This document shows positions 29,962 to 39,058 of a stretch of DNA of 64,000 bases, piece after piece. How positions within the stretch are numbered: the first letter of the stretch is position 1; each line of letters starts with the position of its first letter. The notes beneath the pieces are model-generated. The model did no database searches, was not told the origin of the DNA, and saw only the letters and a list, made by a program, of their open reading frames with translations. Origin of the DNA: Candidatus Yanofskybacteria bacterium (GTDB taxonomy: Bacteria > Patescibacteriota > Minisyncoccia > 2-02-FULL-40-12 > GWA2-44-9); NCBI GenBank assembly GCA_020847715.1, contig JADLBM010000016.1, positions 6,919 through 70,918 of the forward strand, read 5' to 3'. Made by a program: the position numbers and the translations under genes.

Positions 29962-32037
29962 TTACCGGACTCGCGCCCCTACGTTTTCCTGCAATGCCTG
30001 CTTGATGGCCGCCTCGGCGGTGTCCACCTCCTTGTCAGTCAGAGTGCGTTCATTTGAGCGGAAGATGAGATGAAATGCCACGCTCTTTCCGTACTCGGGT
30101 GTATCGCCATCGGCTTTCAGCTTCTCATCCCCTGTCGGAAGGAAGATGTCGAACACGTCCACGTCTTCGACGAGACCGGCGCGGTCCGCGTCGTGTACGG
30201 CCTGGACGATGTCGTCGATTTTCACGCCTTGCTCCACAAACAGTGCGATGTCGCGCACGACGCTTGGATACTTCGGAAGGGGCGCAAATTCACGCTCTTC
30301 TTGTGCAAAGCGCACCAGCGCGCGCAGGTCGAGCTCGGCGACTGCTGCGCCTCCTTTGAGCTTCAGCGCAGCAGCAACCCGCGGATGGACCGCACCCATG
30401 AATCCGATAACCGTATCATCGTCGGCCCGTATGAGTGCTTGCCGCCCAGCGAGTGTGGCATTCACGGCGCCAGCATCCCACGTGAATGGCGCCGCATCGT
30501 CGTAGTATGCGCCAGCAATGCCACAACGCTGAAGCAGAAGATCAACGGCACCTTTTAGCTCATAGAACAGCGCTGAATCATTCTCCCGAGTCGCGATGAC
30601 AATGCCGAGTCGTGCGTCTTCCTTCCCTTCTCCGATACGCACGAATGTGTGTCCCGTCTCAAACAATCGAACCTGCTCGGTGAACCGAAGGTTGTCGCGC
30701 GCATTGATAAGAAGACGAGGAACCAGCGACGGCCGGAGCCAGCGGTATTCACCTGATTGAGGCTGGGCGAGCTCGCGAAGGCCTTCGAGCTTCAGGAGGC
30801 TCTTGAGTTCGTCGGAAATGAATACGTAGTTATAGACCTCCGCATACCCGGCGCCCGCGAGCAGGCGCCCGATGGCGGAACGTTCGCGAATGAACCCGTA
30901 CTCATCCCACGCGACGGCAACATCCTCGCGCACCCATGAATGAGTATCAAAGATAGGCAGCACCGGAGCGGCCGCTGGGATGGCATCGTATCCATAAACA
31001 CGACCAATCTCTTCGATGAGGTCCTCCGCACCGACAACATCCGAGCGACGCGACGGAACGGTCACCTTCATCCGACCCTCATGGTCAGAAACATCGAAGC
31101 TCAGCGACTGGAGAATGCTTCGAATCTGGGCATCGCCGATGGAAACACCGAGGAGGCCTCGCGCATGCTGTGTATCGAGCATAATATCCCGATCCGTAAC
31201 AGGATGAGGGTATACATCGATGATACCGCTCTCGGGGGTGCCTCCAGCAACTTTTGCGAGCAACTCACCGGCCCGCACCAGCGCAGGAGCTGTTAGGTTC
31301 GGATCGACCCCATAGCTGAACCGAATGGAGGCGTCCGTTCGGAGACCGAGCTTTCGACTCGCCGCCCGCACCACCTCGGGATTGAATGTCGCCGCCTCAA
31401 GAATGACCTCGGTCGTTGCATCACTGATACCCGTTCCCGCTCCTCCTTTGATACCTGCAATTGCCAGCGCCTGCTTCGAGTCGGCAATGACGAGCATAGA
31501 TTCATCGAGCGTGTATTCGGTGCGGGCACCATCCAGCGCCTGAATCCTCTCCCCCGCCTCGGCGCGCCGCACGACGATACGGTCCACAAGTGCGCGGTCA
31601 AACGCGTGCATCGGTTGCCCGAGCTCAAGCATGACATAATTCGTCACATCCACGACATTGTTGATGCTCTGCACGCCGCACGCCTCGAGCCGCTCACGAA
31701 GCCACGCCGGCGACGGGCCAATAGTCAGCCCGCGCACGATGAGTGCGCTATACCGCGGGCATGCATCCGCATCGCGCACTTCTACTGAAACGCCCGGCCG
31801 CTCGCTCACTGTGTATTCATAGACCGGAGCCGCAAACCGCTGCCCACTCAGCGCGCACACCTCTCGCGCCACACCGAGATGCGATAACGCGTCAGGACGG
31901 TTCGGGAGGATATCGATATCAAGCACGGGACCGGCTTCCTTCACCTCGAACGCCTTCGCGGTCAATAACGCCGCCGCCTCGTCTGCGGAAAGCGACACTC
32001 CCGCGAACTCTTTGATCCACTCGTACGAGAATTTCAT
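29962..32037 (-). CDS. pheT: Phenylalanine--tRNA ligase beta subunit (short form, 691 aa)
   Basis: B3/B4 and catalytic-like core sequence. It lacks the long N-terminal extension of the ~800-aa forms. Confidence 0.9.
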   Translation of the reverse strand: MKFSYEWIKEFAGVSLSADEAAALLTAKAFEVKEAGPVLDIDILPNRPDALSHLGVAREVCALSGQRFAAPVYEYTVSERPGVSVEVRDADACPRYSALIVRGLTIGPSPAWLRERLEACGVQSINNVVDVTNYVMLELGQPMHAFDRALVDRIVVRRAEAGERIQALDGARTEYTLDESMLVIADSKQALAIAGIKGGAGTGISDATTEVILEAATFNPEVVRAASRKLGLRTDASIRFSYGVDPNLTAPALVRAGELLAKVAGGTPESGIIDVYPHPVTDRDIMLDTQHARGLLGVSIGDAQIRSILQSLSFDVSDHEGRMKVTVPSRRSDVVGAEDLIEEIGRVYGYDAIPAAAPVLPIFDTHSWVREDVAVAWDEYGFIRERSAIGRLLAGAGYAEVYNYVFISDELKSLLKLEGLRELAQPQSGEYRWLRPSLVPRLLINARDNLRFTEQVRLFETGHTFVRIGEGKEDARLGIVIATRENDSALFYELKGAVDLLLQRCGIAGAYYDDAAPFTWDAGAVNATLAGRQALIRADDDTVIGFMGAVHPRVAAALKLKGGAAVAELDLRALVRFAQEEREFAPLPKYPSVVRDIALFVEQGVKIDDIVQAVHDADRAGLVEDVDVFDIFLPTGDEKLKADGDTPEYGKSVAFHLIFRSNERTLTDKEVDTAEAAIKQALQENVGARVR

Positions 32038-32039
32038 GG

Positions 32040-33047
32040 TCAGAATTGGCGCAAGAACCGCAGATCGCCGCCGTTGAATAGTCGAATGTCGTCAATCTTA
32101 TACTTGAGCATCACAATACGCTCGAGCGCCATACCGAATGCGAAGCCCTGCATTTCTCCCCGCACATAGCCGACACGCTCGAATACATTCTGATGCACCA
32201 TGCCCGCACCAGCGACCTCGAGCCATTTCCCGGCAAGCTTTCCCGACGAACCCTTGATGTACACCTCGACACCCGGCTCAACGAACGGGAAATACGACGC
32301 ATTGAAGCGCACTTCAATGTTCGGATCACGGAAGAACCGCTGATAAAAATGCTCCATCACTCCCTTGAGATTTGCCATGGACGGCGCCCCCTCCCCCGCC
32401 CGCGCAACCATAAGTCCTTCGATCTGATGGAACTGGAATTCGTGGGTTGCATCGGTCGCTTCGTTCCGGTACACCCGCCCCGGCACAATGATCCGAAATG
32501 GCGGCTGGTGCGCCTGCATAAAACGGACCTGCATCGGACTTGTGTGAGTCCGCATCAGGTGCTCCATTCCCTGCAGCCAGAACGTATCTTGCATCCCTCG
32601 CGCCGGATGGTCCGGAGGAGTATTCAACGCATCGAAGTTGGCCCACTCGGTCTCCACCTCGGGACCTTCGAGAATGCGAAATCCCATGGATGCAAAAATT
32701 GCGTTTGCATCGTCCTGCGCCTGCGCTAATGGATGGATATGCCCGCGTCGTGAGCGAAGCGCGGGAGCGGTCACATCGAGCTTCTCGAGGGCTGCGTAGG
32801 CAACATCCTCGAGCTTCTCTTTGGCACCATCGAACTGTCGCTCCAGCTCTCCACGGAGGCGGTTCGCCAGCTCGCCGAGCTCACGACGCTCTCCCTCGGC
32901 TCGCTCCTTCAGAGAACGGAGGAACTGGGACAGCTCCGAGCTTCGCCCAAGCGCACGAACGCGCGCGGCCTCAAGCTCTGCGAGCGAGCGCAGATTTTCA
33001 AGATCCTTCAATGCAACCTCCCTAATGTGATCGAGTTGGCTCTTCAT
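32040..33047 (-). CDS. pheS: Phenylalanine--tRNA ligase alpha subunit
   Basis: Class II motifs. Start taken at MKSQLDHIRE (ATG 33047). Confidence 0.9.
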   Translation of the reverse strand: MKSQLDHIREVALKDLENLRSLAELEAARVRALGRSSELSQFLRSLKERAEGERRELGELANRLRGELERQFDGAKEKLEDVAYAALEKLDVTAPALRSRRGHIHPLAQAQDDANAIFASMGFRILEGPEVETEWANFDALNTPPDHPARGMQDTFWLQGMEHLMRTHTSPMQVRFMQAHQPPFRIIVPGRVYRNEATDATHEFQFHQIEGLMVARAGEGAPSMANLKGVMEHFYQRFFRDPNIEVRFNASYFPFVEPGVEVYIKGSSGKLAGKWLEVAGAGMVHQNVFERVGYVRGEMQGFAFGMALERIVMLKYKIDDIRLFNGGDLRFLRQF

Positions 33048-33399
33048 GAACGGGTCCGCGCCGCAGACGCCACCAGATAGCAACGGATATGCACAGTGTA
33101 GCCAAAAGTGCCCCTCCCAGCAATCGCGCATCGGTTATACCTCGCTGGCGCGCGATGAGCGCGGCAACCACTCCACAGACGCCCACAAAAGACGCCCATA
33201 CTGCTTGCGCGATGCTCTGGCGGGCCACGATAAGCACTGTCGCAAGGAGGCCCCAGCACATCAACGAGAAGGCGACCCAAAAAAGGACGAGGAGCGCCGG
33301 TGGGGCGCTGGCGGGATCAGCGGTGAATATCACGACAGCAACGGCGGCCGACGCCACGATGGTCGCCGCGCCCGTCATAACCCATGGTCGGATACGCAT
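33022..33399 (-). CDS. Hypothetical membrane protein (125 aa, 4 TM segments)
   Basis: Hydrophobic ORF overlapping the pheS start by 26 nt. Confidence 0.4.
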   Translation of the reverse strand: MRIRPWVMTGAATIVASAAVAVVIFTADPASAPPALLVLFWVAFSLMCWGLLATVLIVARQSIAQAVWASFVGVCGVVAALIARQRGITDARLLGGALLATLCISVAIWWRLRRGPVHEEPTRSH

Positions 33400-33412
33400 G
33401 CCTCAGTATACC

Positions 33413-33459
33413 AAAGAACGGCCCACATGGGCCGCTCTTTTTATTGCGCGGTGGACCGG
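33413..33459. repeat. 47-bp direct repeat copy (3' end of tRNA-Asp plus terminator hairpin), distal copy
   Basis: Identical to 33581-33627. Confidence 0.85.
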
Positions 33460-33580
33460 TTCGGCTTCGCCTCTCCGCCTGACCGCCGTCAGGCTTCGGG
33501 CTAGCCACCTCCTCGCGGCGCCGTCTGCTGCCGGCGCATCGCTCCGGCGTTCGAATCCGGTCCTCCTATTCTTCAGATAA

Positions 33581-33627
33581 AAAGAACGGCCCACATGGGC
33601 CGCTCTTTTTATTGCGCGGTGGACCGG
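33581..33627. repeat. 47-bp direct repeat copy overlapping the 3' end of tRNA-Asp and its terminator
   Basis: Identical to 33413-33459. Confidence 0.85.
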
Positions 33628-33688
33628 ATTCGAACCGGCGACCTCTTCCGTGACAGGGAAGCGCTCTAACCAGCTGAGCTACCACCGC
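33615..33688 (-). tRNA. tRNA-Asp (anticodon GTC)
   Basis: Reverse complement reads GCGGTGGTAGCTCAGCTGGTTAGAGCGCTTCCCTGTCACGGAAGAGGTCGCCGGTTCGAATCCGGTCCACCGC. Discriminator G. CCA is not encoded. Confidence 0.85.
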
Positions 33689-33736
33689 ATACCCGAAAAG
33701 CGTTGCTATAGTACTGTATTTTCCGGTTTCGCGCAA

Positions 33737-34216
33737 CTACTTCCCGTCCAACACGGAGTGCCACCAAATGCGCACAATGTTTCGGGTACCGTCGTAGGTC
33801 GCAGAGTGCTCTTCCGGCATCAGTGTCGTATTGGAGCCGTTGCTGACCGCCCGCTCGTTGCCAAGATAGAACCCAATGTGCCCGTGGTCCTCGCCCATAC
33901 CGGGAACAAAGCTCCCCTTTTTCGGCTCCCATGTGATAACCGCTCCCTCCCGAAGGTCTGGTATCTGGTGCCACCCGCTTGCGGCAAGATCGCGCTCCAG
34001 CCCCGGCACTCCGGCGTGCATATCACCAATAAGCTTATTAATGTAAAGTACCGCCGACGCGAAGAATGCACAGGAAAGCGCACCATTGTTGAGGATGTCG
34101 GACTCGACGCCGTCTACCGAGGCGATAAGACTGCGAAACATGTGGTTCTCCCCCTTTGCCGCGTTCCGGACCATGGCAAGATAGCTCTTCGCTCGGTCAA
34201 TGATGACAATTGGCAT
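33737..34216 (-). CDS. NlpC/P60- or CHAP-like cysteine peptidase/amidase (Cys...His order), 159 aa
   Basis: SCAFFASAV then HGHIGFYLG. TGCTAGGAT sits 6 nt upstream of the ATG. Confidence 0.55.
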   Translation of the reverse strand: MPIVIIDRAKSYLAMVRNAAKGENHMFRSLIASVDGVESDILNNGALSCAFFASAVLYINKLIGDMHAGVPGLERDLAASGWHQIPDLREGAVITWEPKKGSFVPGMGEDHGHIGFYLGNERAVSNGSNTTLMPEEHSATYDGTRNIVRIWWHSVLDGK

Positions 34217-34251
34217 AGGAGTATCCTAGCATGAAATAGGAAATCCTTCGC

Positions 34252-34293
34252 AAAAATAAAAGCCACCCCGACCGAGCTGAGCTCGGGGTGGCT
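34252..34293 (-). terminator. Intrinsic terminator after the metalloprotease gene
   Basis: On the minus strand: AGCCACCCCGAGCTCAGCTCGGTCGGGGTGGCT followed by TTTATTTTT. Confidence 0.7.
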
Positions 34294-34300
34294 GAACGGA

Positions 34301-35299
34301 CTACCTGACCTTGGTCGCGCAGACGAGACGGGTCTGCGTCGTCCCGAAGGCCGCAGGCTTGGAAGCCTCGGCCTTCGTGCTGTCGTCGACGGGCACGGTG
34401 CCCGCCGGACGCGCGGTCAGGTAACGGAGCAGGTCGTACTCCTCCGGACTGAACTCCAGAGGAGCTCCACCGCGGGCGGAGCCGCCCATGATACCCTCGG
34501 GATCCTCGTCCCGCAGGTGTCCCACACCGATGGCGTGGGTGAACTCATGGATGACCGCCCTCTTGAGGTGATCTCCAAAGAAGACGTCCCCCAAGTACTG
34601 AAAGACGACGGTGGCGCTCACCTGCAGATGACCACGATACTCGACGAAGGTCAGGGCGCCGGCGTTTTCGTAGCCAGGCTTCCTGAACCACTCGTTCGAG
34701 GGGTCGAACTTCAGGATGAGCTTGAACTCCGCCGGCTCGGCGTCGTTCGCCGCGATGCTCCATGTGGGCAGCATCGAGGTTCCGGGGCGCGGAACCGTCG
34801 CGAGCGTGTCGCGGGTCGCGTTGAGCTTCCCCACCGCCCACTCGAGGTCGCGCCACGCATCGCGGTCGTTCCGGAATGTGGCATCCGGAAAGACGGTGAC
34901 ATGACTCGTGACGGTACGGTAGAGCGCTCCGTTGCCGTACAGCGTATACAACAACGACGCGTACGGCATCTGCGCATCGTCAGGATGGAGGTACTCCACT
35001 CCCCCAAGCGCGCACCTCGCGACTCGGGAATGCAGGTACCCCTCCGCGTCGATGACGCAGACGGCGTCCGACGAGATGGCCGTCAGCGTGACGGTGCCGT
35101 CGGTCGTCGTGATGAACGGCTGTCCGTTCACCATCACGGTCGCTCCGGGGATGGGCTGGCCGGTCCGGTTCGACCGGACGGTCAGGACACCCGAAACGAG
35201 CGCGGGAGCGGAACTGGCCGCCATGGGCGACTGCCCGTGGCATGTCGTAGACAGGAACGAGAGCGCCGCGCAGAAGGCGGCACGCAGAAGGGTGCGCAT
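34301..35299 (-). CDS. Secreted zinc metalloprotease (HExxHxxGxxH metzincin motif) with signal peptide
   Basis: HEFTHAIGVGH. GGAGGTGAT RBS before ATG 35299. N-terminus MRTLLRAAFCAALSFLSTTCHG is a signal peptide. Confidence 0.7.
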   Translation of the reverse strand: MRTLLRAAFCAALSFLSTTCHGQSPMAASSAPALVSGVLTVRSNRTGQPIPGATVMVNGQPFITTTDGTVTLTAISSDAVCVIDAEGYLHSRVARCALGGVEYLHPDDAQMPYASLLYTLYGNGALYRTVTSHVTVFPDATFRNDRDAWRDLEWAVGKLNATRDTLATVPRPGTSMLPTWSIAANDAEPAEFKLILKFDPSNEWFRKPGYENAGALTFVEYRGHLQVSATVVFQYLGDVFFGDHLKRAVIHEFTHAIGVGHLRDEDPEGIMGGSARGGAPLEFSPEEYDLLRYLTARPAGTVPVDDSTKAEASKPAAFGTTQTRLVCATKVR

Positions 35300-35471
35300 A
35301 ATCACCTCCTGACACGGCATCGCCGCGTCTGAAATGGATTGGTTGGAAAAGACCGGCTGACAGCACTATTATAGCATAATATATAGTAGATTGTCAATAT
35401 ACCCGCGAAAACCGCGGGTTTTGCGCTTTTCCCGCTGCATGCTACCGTACTGCCAGCTCTGGAGGTGTTCC

Positions 35472-35729
35472 ATGGACATTCCCGCCGCTCTCCGTGCAGA
35501 GTGGGCCCCGAAGCTGGAGAAACTGCTTGAGAACGCCATGCGGAAGTTCGGCATGAGCCGCGACGCCGCGTGCGACGAAATGGAGTTCGCGTTCCTCATC
35601 TCCTCAGAAGAAGCAAAGGAGCGGTGCACGCAGGAAGGGGCGCCGGAAGAGGAAGTGCGCTCCCATGAGTCAACCGCGCAGGTACTCCTCCAACTCGTCG
35701 CCGAGCTCCGCGACAGAGAGGACACCTAA
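35472..35729 (+). CDS. Small hypothetical protein (85 aa)
   Basis: GGAGGTG sits 6 nt before the ATG. Terminator hairpin directly after the stop. Confidence 0.4.
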   Translation: MDIPAALRAEWAPKLEKLLENAMRKFGMSRDAACDEMEFAFLISSEEAKERCTQEGAPEEEVRSHESTAQVLLQLVAELRDREDT

Positions 35730-35758
35730 ACACCCGCCAAGTGGTGGGTGTTTTTCTC
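35730..35758. terminator. Bidirectional terminator between the small ORF and glyQS
   Basis: ACACCCGCC-AAGT-GGTGGGTGT followed by TTTTCT. Confidence 0.65.
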
Positions 35759-35763
35759 GTTCA

Positions 35764-37098
35764 CTATCGGGTCATGATCTCGCCAAGGATACGCGGAAGA
35801 TCGGCAACAGCGACGCGCTGCTGCTCTTTGGTGTCGCGGTCGCGAACGGTGACCGTATCATCTTCGAGTGTCTGGAAGTCCACGGTGATGCATGCCGGAG
35901 TCCCGATTTCATCCTGTGCGAGGTAGCGCTTCCCGATGTTGCCGCGGTCATCCCACGCAATCGGCAGCAAACGCGGATCCCCGTCCATCAGCTGGGAGCG
36001 AACCGCCTTTGCTTTCGCAACGAGTTCCGGCTTGTTCTTCAACAACGGGAACACCGCCGCCTTGAACGGCGCGAGCGTCGGCTTGAGCTTCAGCACGACG
36101 CGCTTCTCGTCTCCCTCCCCCTCTTCGGTGTAGGCCGACAACAGCACGGCCAAGAGCGTGCGGTCGACGCCCCATGTCGGCTCGATGCAGTGCGGAATGA
36201 AGCGCTCGTTCGTCTCAGAATCAAGATAGGTAAGATCCTGTCCGCTCTGCTCCATATGATTCTTCAAATCGAAATCCGTGCGATAGGCTAACCCATAGAG
36301 CTCTTTGACTCCGAATGGGAAATTGAACATGAAATCGATAGTGCGCTTCGAATAGTGCGCGCGCTCGTCTTCGGGCACCTCGAACTCGCTCACGCGAGCG
36401 GTGTCGATGCCGACATCGCGCATCCATGCATGCATCTCTGCGCGCCACTGCTCGAACACGCCCTGCCACTCCTCATCATTCGCGGGCGGCTTGATGAAGT
36501 ACTCGATTTCCATCTGCTCGAACTCACGCGTGCGGAAAATGAAGTTGCCTGGGGTAATCTCGTTGCGGAACGCCTTTCCGATCTGCGCGATGCCGAACGG
36601 CATCTTCACGCGATTGGAATCCAGTACATTCTTCACATTCACGAACATCCCTTGCGCAGTCTCCGGACGGAAGTATGCGACATTCGCCGCCTCTTCCGCA
36701 GGGCCGATGAATGTCTTGAACATCAAATTGAACTGCCGCGCCTCGCTAAACTCTTTGCCGCCACAGCTGGGGCATACTCCCTCGAGCTGATCTGCCCGAT
36801 AGCGGGAATGGCATTTCTTACACTCCACGAGCGGGTCGGAAAATGTCGCCAGGTGCCCGCTCGCCTGCCACACCTTCGGGTTCATAATGAGCGCCGTCTC
36901 GATGCCAACGACATCGTCGCGCTTCTGCACAAAGCGCCGCCACCATGCCTCTTTGATGTTGCGCCGAAGCTCGGCACCAAGCGGGCCGTAGTCCCACGAG
37001 TTTGCCAGCCCTCCATAAATCTCGCTTCCCGGGTATACAAACCCACGCCGCTTGGCGAGGGAAATAATAGAGTCCATACGGTCCTGTTCGTGCGCCAT
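35764..37098 (-). CDS. glyQS: Glycine--tRNA ligase, dimeric (alpha2) type
   Basis: MAHEQDRMDSIISLAKRRGFVYPGSEIYGG... Class II motifs. Confidence 0.9.
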   Translation of the reverse strand: MAHEQDRMDSIISLAKRRGFVYPGSEIYGGLANSWDYGPLGAELRRNIKEAWWRRFVQKRDDVVGIETALIMNPKVWQASGHLATFSDPLVECKKCHSRYRADQLEGVCPSCGGKEFSEARQFNLMFKTFIGPAEEAANVAYFRPETAQGMFVNVKNVLDSNRVKMPFGIAQIGKAFRNEITPGNFIFRTREFEQMEIEYFIKPPANDEEWQGVFEQWRAEMHAWMRDVGIDTARVSEFEVPEDERAHYSKRTIDFMFNFPFGVKELYGLAYRTDFDLKNHMEQSGQDLTYLDSETNERFIPHCIEPTWGVDRTLLAVLLSAYTEEGEGDEKRVVLKLKPTLAPFKAAVFPLLKNKPELVAKAKAVRSQLMDGDPRLLPIAWDDRGNIGKRYLAQDEIGTPACITVDFQTLEDDTVTVRDRDTKEQQRVAVADLPRILGEIMTR

Positions 37099-37213
37099 AG
37101 ATATCGTCCATGGTAGCCGAAACGAGCGCCAATTTCCAGCACTCTCGGTGAGTTGCCTTGCTACATATATTGTGGTATAGTATTTCCCGCTCATTACCAA
37201 TGGAGAATACACT

Positions 37214-39025
37214 ATGGGTTCACGCCTCCGTGCCTGCCGGGACACCTTGTCCGGGGCGTGCAACGGCGCCCGACAGTTCATTGCAACGGCCATCCCCATC
37301 TTCCGGCCACTCTGGCCGGCACTCCGGATCGTCGGGCTCCTTCTCGCCGCAAGCGTCCTCGTTGAAAGCCTCTACCCGCTCGTCTACTGGAAACTGACAG
37401 ATGCGCTCGTTGACCAGCACGCGCGCATGGCAATCCTCATGCTCTGCGTCCTGCTTACACAGAGCGGACTCCGTCTCTTCATCGACTACGCGCGCGAGCG
37501 CTATGAAATCGAGCACATCGACTGGGAGCTAAACCTCCGCATCATGAATGCCTCGCTCGAGCGCATCGCGGGGTTCTCGATGGCCCAGTGCAGTGGATCG
37601 CATACCGGAAAGACCCGCGACATCGTTCGCAACGGCCGGGGGTCGATGCGAGAGCTCGTCTTCATGGCCATCTACCGTGTTGGCCCAGTGCTCCTCCGCC
37701 TCCTCATGGCGCTCGGAGCGCTCCTTCTGGTCAGCCCTCCCATCGGAGCCACGGCAGTCGCTGGCGCGCTCGTCTACTTTGGATTCTCAATCTGGCTGTT
37801 CATGCGAAGCCGCGAACCGCTCAAAGCGCTTGAGGACCGCGGGAATGAGAACGGGAAACTGTTCTCCGATATCCTCACCAACATGGGCGTCGTGATGGCC
37901 TACGCTCGGCAGCAGCGCACCGTCCAAGATTTCAACGGAGATGGGCAAGAACTGAAACGACAGGGGCAAGTGTTCTGGCGCGACGCGCTCGGGTGGTACT
38001 ACGCCCGTAACGGTATCGCGATCATCACCCGGACCGCCATCATGGCGGTCACCGCCTACCTGCTCTTTACGGAGCAGTTCTCGTACGGCGCATTCGTTTC
38101 AATCACCCAGTGGGGCATGCAAATCATCGGGGCAACCCAGGACCTCGGACAGATGCAGAAAGAGGTTTCTCGTCACTGGGCGCACATGGAGCTCTACCTC
38201 CAGTTCATCAACCAGGAGCCAGAAATCGTTGTCACGGAGGGCGCGGTACCCGTCGAGAAGGTCGAGGGACGCATCACATTCCACGACGTCACCTTCACCT
38301 ACCGACCGCGTGCCACCGATGACCCCGACCACCCCATGAAGCCCGTCATCGCGCTCGACAGGATTTCGTTCGAGATTATGCCTGGCCAAAAGGTAGCCAT
38401 CATCGGAAAATCTGGGGCCGGTAAGTCTACCGTCGCACAGGCAATCATGCGCTCGCACGACCCCGCACACGGGCACATCGCAGTCGACGGCGTCGACCTG
38501 CGCGCCATGGACCTCAATGGGCTTCGCCGCCGCATCGGGTATGTTCCCCAGCATCCGGGACTCTTCGACCGAACACTCCGGTACAACCTCGTGTTCGGCA
38601 TAGAAGACACTTCGACGCTCGATGACGAGTGCCTCAGAGAGGCGCTCCGCCTCGTGAAGCTCGAACACCTTGCCGCTACCGGTGGCCTCGACAGCAAGCT
38701 CGGCGAAGGAGGGCATACACTGTCTGGCGGAGAGCGGCAGCGCCTCTGTATTGCACGAGCGCTCATCAAGAAGCCGGACCTGCTCGTGTTTGACGAAGCA
38801 ACAAGTTCGCTCGACCCAGTCAACGAGCGAGAGGTACAGGACAGAATCGACGCAATCGAGGGGCGGACCTGCGTCATCATCGCCCACCGATACAGCACAA
38901 TCAAAGACGTCGACCGCATCTTGGTGTTCGATGCCGGACGCCTCATCGGTGACGGCACTCACGCGTCACTGATTCGGGACTGCGCATACTACCAGGAACT
39001 GCTCCGCCAGCAGGGGCTGGTGTAG
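37214..39025 (+). CDS. ABC transporter, fused permease/ATP-binding exporter (MsbA-like)
   Basis: Six predicted TM segments, then Walker A GKSGAGKST, the LSGGERQR signature and Walker B. Promoter TTGCCT-N17-TATAGT lies upstream. Confidence 0.85.
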   Translation: MGSRLRACRDTLSGACNGARQFIATAIPIFRPLWPALRIVGLLLAASVLVESLYPLVYWKLTDALVDQHARMAILMLCVLLTQSGLRLFIDYARERYEIEHIDWELNLRIMNASLERIAGFSMAQCSGSHTGKTRDIVRNGRGSMRELVFMAIYRVGPVLLRLLMALGALLLVSPPIGATAVAGALVYFGFSIWLFMRSREPLKALEDRGNENGKLFSDILTNMGVVMAYARQQRTVQDFNGDGQELKRQGQVFWRDALGWYYARNGIAIITRTAIMAVTAYLLFTEQFSYGAFVSITQWGMQIIGATQDLGQMQKEVSRHWAHMELYLQFINQEPEIVVTEGAVPVEKVEGRITFHDVTFTYRPRATDDPDHPMKPVIALDRISFEIMPGQKVAIIGKSGAGKSTVAQAIMRSHDPAHGHIAVDGVDLRAMDLNGLRRRIGYVPQHPGLFDRTLRYNLVFGIEDTSTLDDECLREALRLVKLEHLAATGGLDSKLGEGGHTLSGGERQRLCIARALIKKPDLLVFDEATSSLDPVNEREVQDRIDAIEGRTCVIIAHRYSTIKDVDRILVFDAGRLIGDGTHASLIRDCAYYQELLRQQGLV

Positions 39026-39028
39026 CAT

Positions 39029-39058
39029 GAGGGGAGCCATCCGGCTCCCCTCTTTTTC
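39029..39058. terminator. Bidirectional intrinsic terminator between convergent genes
   Basis: GAGGGGAGCC-ATCC-GGCTCCCCTC followed by TTTTTCTT. Confidence 0.75.

Noticed and set aside
33461-33577. A second tRNA in the spacer between the 47-bp repeats
   Set aside because: Contains TTCGAATCCGGTCC (T-arm-like) on the plus strand, but no acceptor stem, D-arm or 7-nt anticodon loop can be folded. Interpreted as a degenerate tRNA fragment / att scar.
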